Shown here: positions 46,772-59,007 of the stretch, piece by piece
How positions within the stretch are numbered: position 1 is the first letter of the stretch
Layout of the letters: each line of letters starts with the position of its first letter
From: Chloroflexota bacterium
GTDB lineage: Bacteria > Chloroflexota > Limnocylindria > Limnocylindrales > CSP1-4
Assembly: GCA_021789435.1 (NCBI GenBank)
Contig: JAJYJO010000001.1
Coordinates: 58,674-122,673 of the forward strand
DNA length: 64,000 bases
Direction: 5' to 3'
Notes under the pieces: generated by a model
The model's input: the letters and a program-made list of their open reading frames with translations, nothing else
Database searches by the model: none
Told to the model about the DNA's origin: nothing
Program-made: the position numbers and the translations under genes

Positions 46772-47746
46772 ATGGCCAAGCCGTTCCGCCTCTACGTCTG
46801 CAGCGACATCCACGCCTCGGAGCGTTCCTGGCGCAAGTTCCTCAACGCCATGCGGGCCAACATCTACAGGGTCGACGCCGCCGTCATCGCCGGGGATCTC
46901 ACCGGCAAGGCGCTGGTGGCCGTGGTCCGGGGCCACGATGGCGCAGCGGGCGAGGTCTGGACGGCCAGTGTGCTGGGCCAGAAGCGCGTCGCCCGAAGCG
47001 AGCAGGAGCTGGCCGATCTCGAGCGCTCGATCGCCGACCTCGGCTACTACGCCGTCCGGGTCACGGAGGAGGAACGGGCGGCGATGGAGGCCGACCCCGC
47101 GCTCGTCACGCGACACTTCCACGACCGGATCACCCACCGCGTCCGGGAGTGGATGGACCTGGCGGCCGAACGCCTGGACGGGAGCGGCGTGCCGGTCTAC
47201 CTGATGCCGGGCAACGACGATGACTTTGCGATCGATCCCGTCCTGGCCGAGTCGCCCTACTGCCGCAACGTCAACGAGCAGGTCGTGGATCTGACGCCGT
47301 GGCACCAGCTGGTCAGCATGGGCTGGTCGTCGCCGACGCCCTGGTCGACGCCCCGGGAGCTGCCCGAGGAGGAGTTCCTCGACCGGCTCTCGTCGCTGCT
47401 CAAGGGGGTCCGCGACCCGCGCCGGACGATCATCATGACGCACGTCCCGCCGTACGACTCCGGCCTCGACACGGCACCCCTCCTCTCGCCGGACCTGCGC
47501 CCGACGATCAGCGCCGGCGATGTCCTGCGCGGCCCGGTCGGCTCGACCGGCGTGCGCCGGGCGATCGAGGAGTTCAAGCCGGTCCTGGGCGTTCACGGCC
47601 ACATCCACGAATCGGGCGGCGAGCGGCGCATCGGCGAGACCCTCTGCCTCAACGCCGGGTCCGAGGCCCAGCACGGCATCCTGCGCGGTTACCTGGTCGA
47701 CCTCGACGAGAACGGCGTCATCCGCACGCTGCGGGTGGAGGGCTAG
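46772..47746 (+). CDS. Calcineurin-like metallophosphoesterase
   Basis: LYVCSDIHAS..., IAGDLTGK, MPGNDD, THVPP, GHIHE are the phosphoesterase motifs. Confidence 0.8.
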   Translation: MAKPFRLYVCSDIHASERSWRKFLNAMRANIYRVDAAVIAGDLTGKALVAVVRGHDGAAGEVWTASVLGQKRVARSEQELADLERSIADLGYYAVRVTEEERAAMEADPALVTRHFHDRITHRVREWMDLAAERLDGSGVPVYLMPGNDDDFAIDPVLAESPYCRNVNEQVVDLTPWHQLVSMGWSSPTPWSTPRELPEEEFLDRLSSLLKGVRDPRRTIIMTHVPPYDSGLDTAPLLSPDLRPTISAGDVLRGPVGSTGVRRAIEEFKPVLGVHGHIHESGGERRIGETLCLNAGSEAQHGILRGYLVDLDENGVIRTLRVEG

Positions 47747-47748
47747 GC

Positions 47749-48630
47749 GTGGCCGAGGGAGGCAGCCGGATCCGGCTCGCCGCGGTCCAGATGGCGATGG
47801 GCGAGGACCGCGCCGAGAACCTGGCCCACGCCCTGGCGATGGTCGAGGCGGCCGCCCGTGACGGGGCCTCCCTGGTCGTCCTGCCCGAGCTCTTCACCGG
47901 CCGCTACTTCCCGCAGCAGCCCGCCCGGGCCGAGTACCTGGCCTGGGCCGAGCCGGTTCCCGGGCCGACGACGGAGGCGCTGGCGCAGGCCGCCGCCCGG
48001 CTGGGGATCACCCTCGTCGGCTCGGTCTTCGAGCGGGCGATGGCCGGCCTCACCTACAACACGGCGGTCGTGCTCGGACCGGACGGCGCGCTGGTGGGGG
48101 CGAGCCGCAAGGCGCACATCCCGGAGGGGCCCGGCTACACCGAGAAGTTCTACTTCGCGCCGGGCGACTCCGACTACCCGGTCTTTCGCCTCGCGCCCGG
48201 TGGCACGCCGCTGGCGGCCGCCGTCCCGACCTGCTGGGACCAGTGGTTCCCGGAAGTGGCCAGGATCGCGGCGCTCAAGGGGGCGGAGCTGATCGCGTAC
48301 CCCACGGCGATCGGCTCGGAGCCGGCCTACCCGGACGTGGACACCCACGACGCCTGGCGGACCGTGATGCGCGGCCATGCCGTCGCCAACGCCGTCTACG
48401 TCCTGGCCGTCAACCGGGTGGGCGTGGAGGACGCCATCACCTTCTACGGCGGATCGTTCCTGGCCGACCCGATGGGGGCCGTGGTGGGCGAGCTCGGGAT
48501 CGGGGAGGGGATCCTGGCCGTCGAGATCGACCGGGCCGCGCTGGTGCAGGCCCGCGAGCTCGCGCCCTTCTTCCGCGATCGGCGACCCGAGACCTACGGC
48601 CTGCTCCTCACGCGAGACGGCCGCGGCTGA
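47749..48630 (+). CDS. Carbon-nitrogen hydrolase (nitrilase superfamily; N-carbamoylputrescine amidase-like)
   Basis: IRLAAVQMAMGEDRAENLAHA...LVVLPELF... (Glu), ...SRKAHIP (Lys), ...VPTCWDQWFPE (Cys) form the catalytic E-K-C triad. The GTG is preceded by GGTGGAGGG. Confidence 0.8.
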   Translation: MAEGGSRIRLAAVQMAMGEDRAENLAHALAMVEAAARDGASLVVLPELFTGRYFPQQPARAEYLAWAEPVPGPTTEALAQAAARLGITLVGSVFERAMAGLTYNTAVVLGPDGALVGASRKAHIPEGPGYTEKFYFAPGDSDYPVFRLAPGGTPLAAAVPTCWDQWFPEVARIAALKGAELIAYPTAIGSEPAYPDVDTHDAWRTVMRGHAVANAVYVLAVNRVGVEDAITFYGGSFLADPMGAVVGELGIGEGILAVEIDRAALVQARELAPFFRDRRPETYGLLLTRDGRG

Positions 48631-48695
48631 AGGCCGCTCGCCGACGGCTGCCCGGCTGACGACGGCTCGGCCGACCGTCGGCCACGGGGCGAGCC

Positions 48696-49787
48696 TCAGC
48701 CGCCGGTCGGCCCGTCCCAGCTCCGGGGTCCGAGGTCCAGCGGCCGCCCCTCGATGCCCCGCAGCCACTGCCGGACGTTCTCGCCCAGGGCCGGCACGAA
48801 GTAGCCGCCCTCCTGGAGGATCACCAGCCGCCGCCCGGAGGCTGCCACCCGCCGCCCGACCTCGTGGTAGACCGGGGTCGTGAGCGCGAAATCGCCGATC
48901 GGGTCCTGGCCGTACGTGTCGATCCCCAGGCTGACGACCAGGAGGTCGTCGGAGCGCGCCGCCAGCCAGTCGATCGCCCGGTCCACGGCCGCCAGGTAGT
49001 CCTCGTCGGTCGTGCCGGCGGCCAGCGGCTGGTTGAAGGTGGCGCCCGCCCCGGCCCCGGCCCCGGCCTCGTCGGCGTGGCCGGCATAGTAGGGATAGGT
49101 GCGGTTCGGGTCGGCGTGGATGGAGGCGTAGGGGACGTCCTGCCGCTTCCAGAAGATCTGCTGGCTGCCGTTCCCGTGGTGGTAGTCGACGTCCAGGATG
49201 CCGACCCGCTGCCCGGTCCGGCGGACCAGCCACTCGGCGGCGATGGCGGCGTTGTTGAAGTAGCAGTAGCCGCCGAACATGGCTCGCGCCGCGTGGTGGC
49301 CCGGCGGCCGGCAGAGGCCGTAGGCGGCCGTCTCTCCGCCCAGGACCAGCTCGGCCGTGGTCAGGGCCACGTCCACCGCGTCGCGGGCGGCCCGGTAGGT
49401 GCCCGGGACGATGGGGGTGGCCGTGTCGTAGCACCAGTAGCCGATCCGGCCGCACGGCGAGCCTGGCTCGGGCGCCGGCCCCATCCCTTCCCGCAGGGCG
49501 GGGTGGAGGACGGTGTCGGGCATGATCACCTCGGCGCCGGTCCCGCGCTGCCGCCACTCGCTCCAGGCGCCGGCCAGGTAGCGCAGCAGGCCCGGATCGT
49601 GGACCGCGGTGATGGGATCTTCCCCGTGCCCGGTCGGGTCGACGAAGGCGAAGCCGCCGTCGGCCTCCAGGGCGCGGCGGATCGACTCGCCGCGGCCCGT
49701 CACCTCGTAGGCCGGGATCCGCCGGCCGCCCGAGACCTCGAAAACGGGGTCGTGCAGCAGGTGGCTCGGGCTGTAGACGACACGCAT
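48696..49787 (-). CDS. Histone-deacetylase-family amidohydrolase (acetylpolyamine amidohydrolase/AcuC-like)
   Basis: CRPPGHHAARAMFGGYCYFNNAAIAA, ILDVDYHHGNGSQ, SLGIDTYGQD are the HDAC zinc-site motifs. ATG with GGGAG upstream. Confidence 0.8.
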   Translation of the reverse strand: MRVVYSPSHLLHDPVFEVSGGRRIPAYEVTGRGESIRRALEADGGFAFVDPTGHGEDPITAVHDPGLLRYLAGAWSEWRQRGTGAEVIMPDTVLHPALREGMGPAPEPGSPCGRIGYWCYDTATPIVPGTYRAARDAVDVALTTAELVLGGETAAYGLCRPPGHHAARAMFGGYCYFNNAAIAAEWLVRRTGQRVGILDVDYHHGNGSQQIFWKRQDVPYASIHADPNRTYPYYAGHADEAGAGAGAGATFNQPLAAGTTDEDYLAAVDRAIDWLAARSDDLLVVSLGIDTYGQDPIGDFALTTPVYHEVGRRVAASGRRLVILQEGGYFVPALGENVRQWLRGIEGRPLDLGPRSWDGPTGG

Positions 49788-50076
49788 CGGATCGCTCCCT
49801 GGTTCGCGGCGCCTCCCTCGGCGAGGCTCCGGGGCGCGGTCGAGGATAGCGGGGGACCCGGCAGTCCGTCCGCCGGTCCCGATCGGCGCGTCGCGCCCCC
49901 CGCGGTGGCCTCCCCCGGCGGCCCCGCGGCCGTGGGGCCTGCCCCGGCGGCGGAGCGGCCGAAGGGCCCGCTCGGCCGTCCACGCGCGTCGCCGGACCTT
50001 GCCCGCCACCGCGCACGCGCCTACACTCGACCGGCGCGAGGTGCGCTCCGGGCCGGCATCGAGGCGAGGTGGGCAG

Positions 50077-50607
50077 ATGCGGATCTACGAGGGCAGCCCC
50101 CGCCAGGACTTCGAGGAGGTGCTGCGCTCAATCGGCGCCTTCCTCGACCAGCGCGGGATGCAGGAGGTCCTCCTGGCGGAGGCTCCCGACGGCTTCATCG
50201 TCCAGGGCCTGGTCGTCGAGACCGGCGGCAGCGGCGGCTGGTCCGAATCGATGGGTGGACGGCACAAGGAGACCCTGACCTTCCTGGACGACGACATCGC
50301 GCGATTCATGGAAGAGGCGCTGGCACGCCGTGCCGCGGGGCAGGCGGCCACCTGGGCCGGCTCGGGCTACTATGAGCGCGCCTTCCGGGTGATCGGCCGG
50401 TACATGGACGAGCAGAAGCCTCGGGACATCTTCTTCTTCGAGCAGGATGGCGCGTTCGTCGTCCGCCTGCTCCTCGGCGCACCGGGCGGCGCGAAGCACG
50501 CCCTGGTCGAGTTCACCCGGGACGACATCGAGGCGATGATCGACCAGGGGCCGAGCCTCCGGCAGGTCGAGGGCCCATCCCCGACCGCGCCGGGGACGGC
50601 CCGTTAG
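50077..50607 (+). CDS. Hypothetical protein with an internal two-fold repeat
   Basis: ATG preceded by GAGGTGGG. FIVQGLVVE...KETLTFLDDDIARFMEEAL parallels FVVRLLLG...HALVEFTRDDIEAMIDQG. Confidence 0.45.
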   Translation: MRIYEGSPRQDFEEVLRSIGAFLDQRGMQEVLLAEAPDGFIVQGLVVETGGSGGWSESMGGRHKETLTFLDDDIARFMEEALARRAAGQAATWAGSGYYERAFRVIGRYMDEQKPRDIFFFEQDGAFVVRLLLGAPGGAKHALVEFTRDDIEAMIDQGPSLRQVEGPSPTAPGTAR

Positions 50608-50638
50608 GCGCCCGGCACGGGCGCGTGGAGGTAGCCAG

Positions 50639-50794
50639 GTGAAAGCCCTCAAGATCGTCGCGGCGGCGCTCGGCATCACGCTCGCGGCGCTCATCGTGAT
50701 CCCTCTCATCGTGCTGGCCGGTCTCTTCGTCTGGCTGAAGCTGACGGAGGAGGGGGACGAGGAGGCGCTCGAGCTCGACCAGGAAGGCGTCTGA
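50639..50794 (+). CDS. 51-aa single-TM peptide with an acidic C-terminus (not on the ORF track)
   Basis: GTG preceded by GGAGGT. VKALKIVAAALGITLAALIVIPLIVLAGLFVWLKLTEEGDEEALELDQEGV. Confidence 0.35.
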   Translation: MKALKIVAAALGITLAALIVIPLIVLAGLFVWLKLTEEGDEEALELDQEGV

Positions 50795-50997
50795 GCGGGA
50801 CCTCTCGCGGGCCCCGGGCCGGGCTCGCGTCCGCCGGTCCGCGCGCAGGGCCGCGCGCCTCTGATCCGGCCGCCCTCTCCCCGACTCTCTCCCCGGACGC
50901 CGCCCCGGTTCCGCCCCTGGCAGCGGGTGAGCCGCCGCTCGCCCTCCTCGTCGATTTCGACGGCACGATCGCCCTGACCGATGTCACCGACACGATC

Positions 50998-53612
<2,615 letters not shown>

Positions 53613-53759
53613 TCCCGTGCCCCGGCCGGCCGGGTCGGCCGGGCGCCGCGCCGCGCCCGGGGGGAACGAGGGCGCGGCGTACAATCCGGCCGACGGAAAC
53701 GACGCGCGCCGCCGGTGGATCGAATCCTCGCCGACCGCGACCAGCAGGAGCAGCCCGCG

Positions 53760-54431
53760 ATGAAGATCTTCCTGGACACGGCCGATATCGACGAGATCCG
53801 GATCGCCGCCCGCTGGGGCGTCATCGACGGCGTCACGACCAACCCGTCGCTCTACGCCAAGGTCGGCGGCGCGTCCTACGAGTCGATCCTCCAGGAGATC
53901 TGCAAGATCACGCCGGGCCCGGTCTCGGCGGAGGTCGTCGCCGCGGACGTCGAGGGGATGCTCACCGAGGGCCGCCACTTCGCCAGACTGGCCGCGAACA
54001 TCGTGGTCAAGGTCCCGATGTGCGAGGAGGGCCTGGAGGCGATCACCCGCCTCGCCGACGAGGGGATCAAGACCAACTGCACCCTCATCTTCTCGACCAA
54101 TCAGGGCCTGCTCGCGGCCAAGGCCGGGGCGAGCTTCATCTCGCCGTTCATCGGCCGCCTGGACGACATCAACGAAGACGGGATGACGGTGATCCGCGAG
54201 CTGGCCGAGCTGCTCGCCCTCCACGAGATGGACGCGGAGATCATCACCGCCTCCATCCGCCATCCGCTCCACGTCACCCAGGCCGCCCTGGCCGGCGCTC
54301 ACATCGCCACGATGCCCTTCAAGGTCCTTCAGCAGATGATCCACCACCCGCTTACGGACAAGGGGATCGTCCAGTTCCGGGCCGACTGGGACAAGGCACG
54401 GGCCGAGCTCGCGGCCAAGAAGGGGGAGTAG
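53760..54431 (+). CDS. tal: Transaldolase / fructose-6-phosphate aldolase family (short TalC/MipB type)
   Basis: MKIFLDTADIDEI...GVTTNPSL...KVP...FISPFIGR (Schiff-base Lys region). Confidence 0.85.
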   Translation: MKIFLDTADIDEIRIAARWGVIDGVTTNPSLYAKVGGASYESILQEICKITPGPVSAEVVAADVEGMLTEGRHFARLAANIVVKVPMCEEGLEAITRLADEGIKTNCTLIFSTNQGLLAAKAGASFISPFIGRLDDINEDGMTVIRELAELLALHEMDAEIITASIRHPLHVTQAALAGAHIATMPFKVLQQMIHHPLTDKGIVQFRADWDKARAELAAKKGE

Positions 54432-54626
54432 CTCCTGGCCGCCCAGCCGGCCGCGCGGACTTCCGCGGGCGCGCCGGGCGCACCCGGCCCCAGTCCGTCG
54501 GCGGGACGCGTCGCGGCCGCGCTCGCCGGGCTGCCGCCGGAGGCGCTCATCGTCAGTGCGGCGCTCTCCGTCCAGGGCGGCGCCAGCCTGGCCACGCGCC
54601 TGATCGGGAGTTACGGCCCGCTGGCC

Positions 54627-55400
54627 GTGGTGGCCATGCGGATCGGCTTCGGGGCCGTGCTGGTGGGCCTGCTCCGGCGTCCGCGTCTGCGCGGCGTCGG
54701 CGGGGAGGCGCTGCGCTGGGCGATCGTGCTGGGCCTGGTCCTGGCGGCCATGAACTCGATCTTCTACGTCGCGATCTCGCGGATCCCCCTCGGCGTGGCG
54801 GTCACGATCGAGTTCTGGGGCCCGCTGGCCCTCGGCGTCGCCGGGTCGCGCCGCCCCCGCGACGTGGTCTGGGTGGTGCTGGCCGCGGCCGGAATCTACA
54901 CGCTGGCCGGCGGACGTCTGGCCGCGGACGACCTGCTCGGCGTCGGCGCGGCGTTCCTGGCCGGCCTCTTCTGGGCCAGCTACATCCTGGCCGGCGGCCG
55001 GGTCGCCCGGCTCTGGCCGGACGGGCGCGGGCTCAGCCTGGCGATGGTCGTGGCGACGGTCGTGGTCGTGCCGGTGGCGGTCCTGGGCGGCGGGGCCGGC
55101 CCTGCCGCCGTCGCAGTCGATCCCCTGGCCCTGCTCGGCGGTTTCGCGGTCGCGCTCTTCAGCTCCGCCATCCCCTACACCCTCGAGATCGGCGCCCTCG
55201 GGCGCCTGCCGAGCGCCACGTTCGGGGTGCTGATGAGCCTGGAGCCGGCCATCGCCGCGCTGGTCGGCTGGCTCCTCCTCGGCCAGGTGCTCGGCCTGCA
55301 CGACGTCGGCGCGATCGTCCTGGTGGCGGTCGCCAGTGCCGGGTCCAGCCTCTCGGCTCGCGCGGGGCTGATCGCTCCCGGTGAGCTCGAGGCGGCGTGA
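54627..55400 (+). CDS. EamA/DMT-family exporter (RhtA-like); conserved N-terminus encoded upstream of the called start
   Basis: TIEFWGPLALGVAGSRRPRDVVWVVLAAAGIYTL closely resembles the RhtA region. The SVQGGASLATRLI helix lies in frame at 54540-54620 with no ATG/GTG/TTG between the tal stop and 54621. Confidence 0.7.
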   Translation: MVAMRIGFGAVLVGLLRRPRLRGVGGEALRWAIVLGLVLAAMNSIFYVAISRIPLGVAVTIEFWGPLALGVAGSRRPRDVVWVVLAAAGIYTLAGGRLAADDLLGVGAAFLAGLFWASYILAGGRVARLWPDGRGLSLAMVVATVVVVPVAVLGGGAGPAAVAVDPLALLGGFAVALFSSAIPYTLEIGALGRLPSATFGVLMSLEPAIAALVGWLLLGQVLGLHDVGAIVLVAVASAGSSLSARAGLIAPGELEAA

Positions 55401-55406
55401 CGACGC

Positions 55407-55470
55407 AGCGGCGACGCCCCGCATCACTGCGGCGACGCCCCGCATCGCTGCGGCGACGCCCCCCTGCGTC
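55407..55470. repeat. About 2.5 tandem copies of a 21-bp unit (ctgcggcgacgccccgcatcr) plus a gacgcag...ctgcgtc inverted repeat, immediately upstream of the ABC-transporter ATG
   Basis: Seen directly between the EamA stop (55400) and the ABC start (55474). Confidence 0.6.
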
Positions 55471-55473
55471 GCC

Positions 55474-56478
55474 ATGACGCAGCTCGCGATCCGCACGCAC
55501 CGGCTCGGCCGGCAGTTCGGCTCGATCCGTGCCGTCGACGACCTGGACCTGGAGGTGCCGGCCGGCTCGGTCTTCGGCTTCCTGGGACCGAACGGTTCGG
55601 GGAAGACGACCACGATCCGGCTGCTGCTGGGCCTGATCGAGCCCACCTCGGGCGAGGCCGAGGTCCTCGGCTTCGATCCCTCGCGGGCCGGCGACCGGGT
55701 GCGCGAGCGCAGCGGTGCCCTGCTCGAGCATGCCGGGCTCTACGAGCGGCTGTCGGCGGACGACAACCTGGAGTTCGTCGGGCGCGCCTGGCGAATGCCG
55801 GCCGCTGCCCGCCGGGCGCGGGCGCAGGAGCTGCTGGGACCTCTCGGCCTCTGGGAGCGGCGCCGCGAGATCGTCGGGACCTGGAGCCGCGGGATGAAGC
55901 AGAAGCTGGCCGTCGCGCGAGCCCTCTTCCAACGGCCCGAGCTGGTCTTCCTCGATGAGCCGACGGCCGGCCTGGATCCCATCGCGGCGGCGGCGCTGCG
56001 GGAGGATCTCGCCGGCCTCGCCGCCCGGGAGGGGACCACCGTCTTCCTGACCACCCACAACCTGGCCGAGGCGCAGAAGCTCTGCGCCCTGGTCGGCGTG
56101 ATCCGCAGCGGCCGGCTGCTGGCCGTCGCGCCGCCCGAGCAGCTGCGCGCGACGGTGAGGGCGACGCGCATGGTCGTGACCGGCCGCGGCCTGGACGACC
56201 GGATCGCGCGCCTGGTGGCCGGCCAGCCGGCCGTGAGCGCCGTCGAGCTCGGCGACGGTCGCCTGACGATCGCCCTCCGGGACGGCCAGGACACGAGCCC
56301 CCTGGTGGGGCTCCTGGTGGCGGAGGGCGTGGCCGTGGAGGAAGTCCGCAAGGGGAGCGCCGACCTCGAGGAAGCGTTCCTGGCCCTCATGGGGGAGGAC
56401 GAGGCCGGCCCGGGCGGGCCCCTCGGGACGGGACGGCCGGTTCGGGCAGCGCCGGCCGCCGGCGGAGAACCGGCATGA
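55474..56478 (+). CDS. ABC transporter ATP-binding protein
   Basis: Walker A GPNGSGKTT, signature WSRGMKQKLAVA, Walker B LVFLDEPTAGLD. Confidence 0.9.
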   Translation: MTQLAIRTHRLGRQFGSIRAVDDLDLEVPAGSVFGFLGPNGSGKTTTIRLLLGLIEPTSGEAEVLGFDPSRAGDRVRERSGALLEHAGLYERLSADDNLEFVGRAWRMPAAARRARAQELLGPLGLWERRREIVGTWSRGMKQKLAVARALFQRPELVFLDEPTAGLDPIAAAALREDLAGLAAREGTTVFLTTHNLAEAQKLCALVGVIRSGRLLAVAPPEQLRATVRATRMVVTGRGLDDRIARLVAGQPAVSAVELGDGRLTIALRDGQDTSPLVGLLVAEGVAVEEVRKGSADLEEAFLALMGEDEAGPGGPLGTGRPVRAAPAAGGEPA

Positions 56479-57212
56479 TCCGCGACCTCGGGACCGTCTG
56501 CTGGAAGGAGATCCGCGAACTGCTCCACCAGGCCGGCACCGTCCGGAAGACGCTTCGCAGCCTGGCCTTCATGCTGGCCGTCTTCGGCCTGTTCCTGCCC
56601 TGGCAGATCGGCCGCGCCCTGGTGGAGACGCCGGCCGCGATCATGCCCTGGATCTGGGTCCCGTTCATGCTCGTCAGCGGGGTGGTCGCCGATTCCTTCG
56701 CCGGGGAGCGCGAGCGACACACGCTGGAGACGCTGCTGGCCAGCCGCCTGCCGGACGAAGCCATCCTGCTGGGCAAGGTGCTGACTGCGACGCTCTACGG
56801 CTGGACGTTCGCCGTGGTGAGCGCGGCCGTCGGGCTGGTGACGGTCAACGTCTTCCACGGTGATGGCTCCATCGTCCTCTACCCGCCGGAGCTGGCGATT
56901 GCCCTGCTGGTCTTCGGTTTCCTCGGCTCGGCCCTGATGGCCTGCGCGGGGGTTCTCGTCTCCCTCCGCGCGGCGACGACGCGCCAGGCGGCCCAGACGC
57001 TCAGCCTGGCGATCGTGGGCGTCCTCTTCGTCCCGATCGTGGTCCTGGAGCTCGTCCCGGAGGCCTGGCGGACGGCCCTGGCCGCGCTCCTCCGCGGTTT
57101 CGACACACCGGCCGCCGGCCTGCTTGGGGCGGGCCTTCTGGCGTTCGTCGACGCAGCCCTGTTGCTCGCGGCGGCGGCCCGCTTCCGGAGGACCCGGCTG
57201 CTCCTCGATTGA
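56475..57212 (+). CDS. ABC-2-type transporter permease
   Basis: 6 TM helices; ATGA overlap with the ATPase gene. Confidence 0.75.
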   Translation: MIRDLGTVCWKEIRELLHQAGTVRKTLRSLAFMLAVFGLFLPWQIGRALVETPAAIMPWIWVPFMLVSGVVADSFAGERERHTLETLLASRLPDEAILLGKVLTATLYGWTFAVVSAAVGLVTVNVFHGDGSIVLYPPELAIALLVFGFLGSALMACAGVLVSLRAATTRQAAQTLSLAIVGVLFVPIVVLELVPEAWRTALAALLRGFDTPAAGLLGAGLLAFVDAALLLAAAARFRRTRLLLD

Positions 57213-57379
57213 CCGCAACCGGGGCCGCGGCCGGTACGCGGGCCGCAGGCACGGAACCGCGGATTGACGGGGCCGGGACGCCCCGCTATGCTCCCCGTGG
57301 CCCCACCCACGTGCTCTGCTGCGGACTGGTTCCGCGCGAGCTTTCATCCGGCCATTTCCCGCAGGTGACCCCTACCCAC

Positions 57380-58750
57380 ATGCCTTCCAACCCCGATCCT
57401 CGTTCCCGCAACCGGCGCCCGCGGCGGCGACCGGCGGGCGCGCGCGTTCCCGTCCCGGAGTATGAGGAGCTGCCGGAGAGCGACGGCCGTGAGCAGGGCC
57501 TCGACGTCTCGGAACTGCGCGGCATGAACATGACCGAGCTCCGTGCCGTCGGGCAGGACCTGGCCATCGAGCCGGGCGGCGATCGGCGAGAGGAGCTGGT
57601 CGACCGCATCCTGCAGCGGCAGACCGAGCTGGCCGGGCACGCCTACGCGACCGGCATCCTCGACATCGTCGACGAAGGCTTCGGCTTCATGCGGCGCCAC
57701 GGCCTGATGCCGAGTCCCGACGACGTCTACGTCAGCTCGAGCCAGATCCGGCGTTCCGGCCTGCGGATGGGCGACCGCATCGGCGGTGCCGTCCGGGCGC
57801 CCCGCGAGGGCGAGAAGTACTGGGGCATGCTCCAGGTCTTCACGGTCAACGGCGTCGATCCCGAGACCGCCCGCCGCCGGCCCAACTTCGCGGACCTGAC
57901 GCCGGTCCACCCGGACGACCTGATCAACCTGGAGACGGACCCCAAGAACCTGAGCCAGCGCCTGATCAACCTCGTGAACCCGCTCGGCAAGGGCCAGCGT
58001 GCCCTCATCGTCAGCCCGCCCAAGGCGGGCAAGACCGTCCTCCTCAAGCAGATCGCCAACGGGATCACCGCCAACTACCCGGAGATCCTGCTGATGGTCG
58101 CGCTCATCGGCGAGCGGCCGGAGGAAGTGACCGACATGCGCCGCTCGGTGAAGGGCGAGGTGATCAGCTCGACCTTTGACGAGCCGACGGAGAACCACAC
58201 CCACGTCGCCGAGATGGCCCTCGAGATCGCCAAGCGCCAGGTCGAGACGGGGCGCGACGTCGTCATCCTGCTCGACTCGATCACCCGCCTGGCCCGGGCC
58301 TACAACCTGGCCCTCCCGCCTTCCGGCAGGACACTCTCCGGCGGCATCGACCCGATCGCGCTCTATCCGCCCAAGCGCTTCTTCGGCGCCGCCCGCAACA
58401 TCGAGGAGGGCGGCTCGCTCACGATCATCGGCACCTGCCTGGTCGACACCGGCTCCCGGATGGACGACGTGATCTACGAGGAGTTCAAGGGGACCGGCAA
58501 CAGCGAGCTGATCCTCGATCGCAAGCTGGCCGAGAAGCGGATCTTCCCGGCGATCGACGTCCAGCGCTCCGGGACGCGTCGCGAGGAGCTCCTGCTCGAA
58601 GAGGGCACCCTCAAGATGGTCTGGACGATGCGCCGGATGCTCTCGGCCGTCGGCACCAACGAGGGGATCGAGCTGCTGCTCAACCGGCTCTCCAAGACGG
58701 AGAACAACGCCCAGTTCCTGGCGACCCTGACCAAGAGCCTCGACACCTAG
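57380..58750 (+). CDS. rho: Transcription termination factor Rho (with an Arg-rich N-terminal extension)
   Basis: Rho_N region ([21 protein letters not shown]), RNA-binding domain, Walker A ([10 protein letters not shown]), Q/R loops. The start at MPSNPD was chosen; the maximal ORF begins at 57209 inside the permease gene. Confidence 0.9.
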   Translation: MPSNPDPRSRNRRPRRRPAGARVPVPEYEELPESDGREQGLDVSELRGMNMTELRAVGQDLAIEPGGDRREELVDRILQRQTELAGHAYATGILDIVDEGFGFMRRHGLMPSPDDVYVSSSQIRRSGLRMGDRIGGAVRAPREGEKYWGMLQVFTVNGVDPETARRRPNFADLTPVHPDDLINLETDPKNLSQRLINLVNPLGKGQRALIVSPPKAGKTVLLKQIANGITANYPEILLMVALIGERPEEVTDMRRSVKGEVISSTFDEPTENHTHVAEMALEIAKRQVETGRDVVILLDSITRLARAYNLALPPSGRTLSGGIDPIALYPPKRFFGAARNIEEGGSLTIIGTCLVDTGSRMDDVIYEEFKGTGNSELILDRKLAEKRIFPAIDVQRSGTRREELLLEEGTLKMVWTMRRMLSAVGTNEGIELLLNRLSKTENNAQFLATLTKSLDT

Positions 58751-58767
58751 CGCCGCCCCGGCGGCGC
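58750..58767. terminator. Short GC hairpin (gcgccgcc-cc-ggcggcgc) immediately after the rho stop
   Basis: Seen directly. Confidence 0.4.
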
Positions 58768-59007
58768 TCATGGGAGCGCGTGAGACGAGCGGGCCCGCGC
58801 CGATGTGATGCGCGGCCGCCCGCTGGTTGCCGATTTGCGAGGCGTCTGTTAGGGTTCTGCCCAAGACTTGCGAGCCCGCGGACGTCGGGCAGCTGTCGCG
58901 CTTGAGACCCCAGCTCAATAACGCGACCCCGGGCGGACCCCGTCCCCAGCGAACCCCGAGTCTTCAACCTTTCGCTGGTCTGCCCACCACCGTCGAAGGA
59001 GACCGTA

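Noticed and set aside
43768-46779. 1003-aa minus-strand ORF
   Set aside because: Antisense to the APC permease. R/G/P/D-rich with no recognisable domain.
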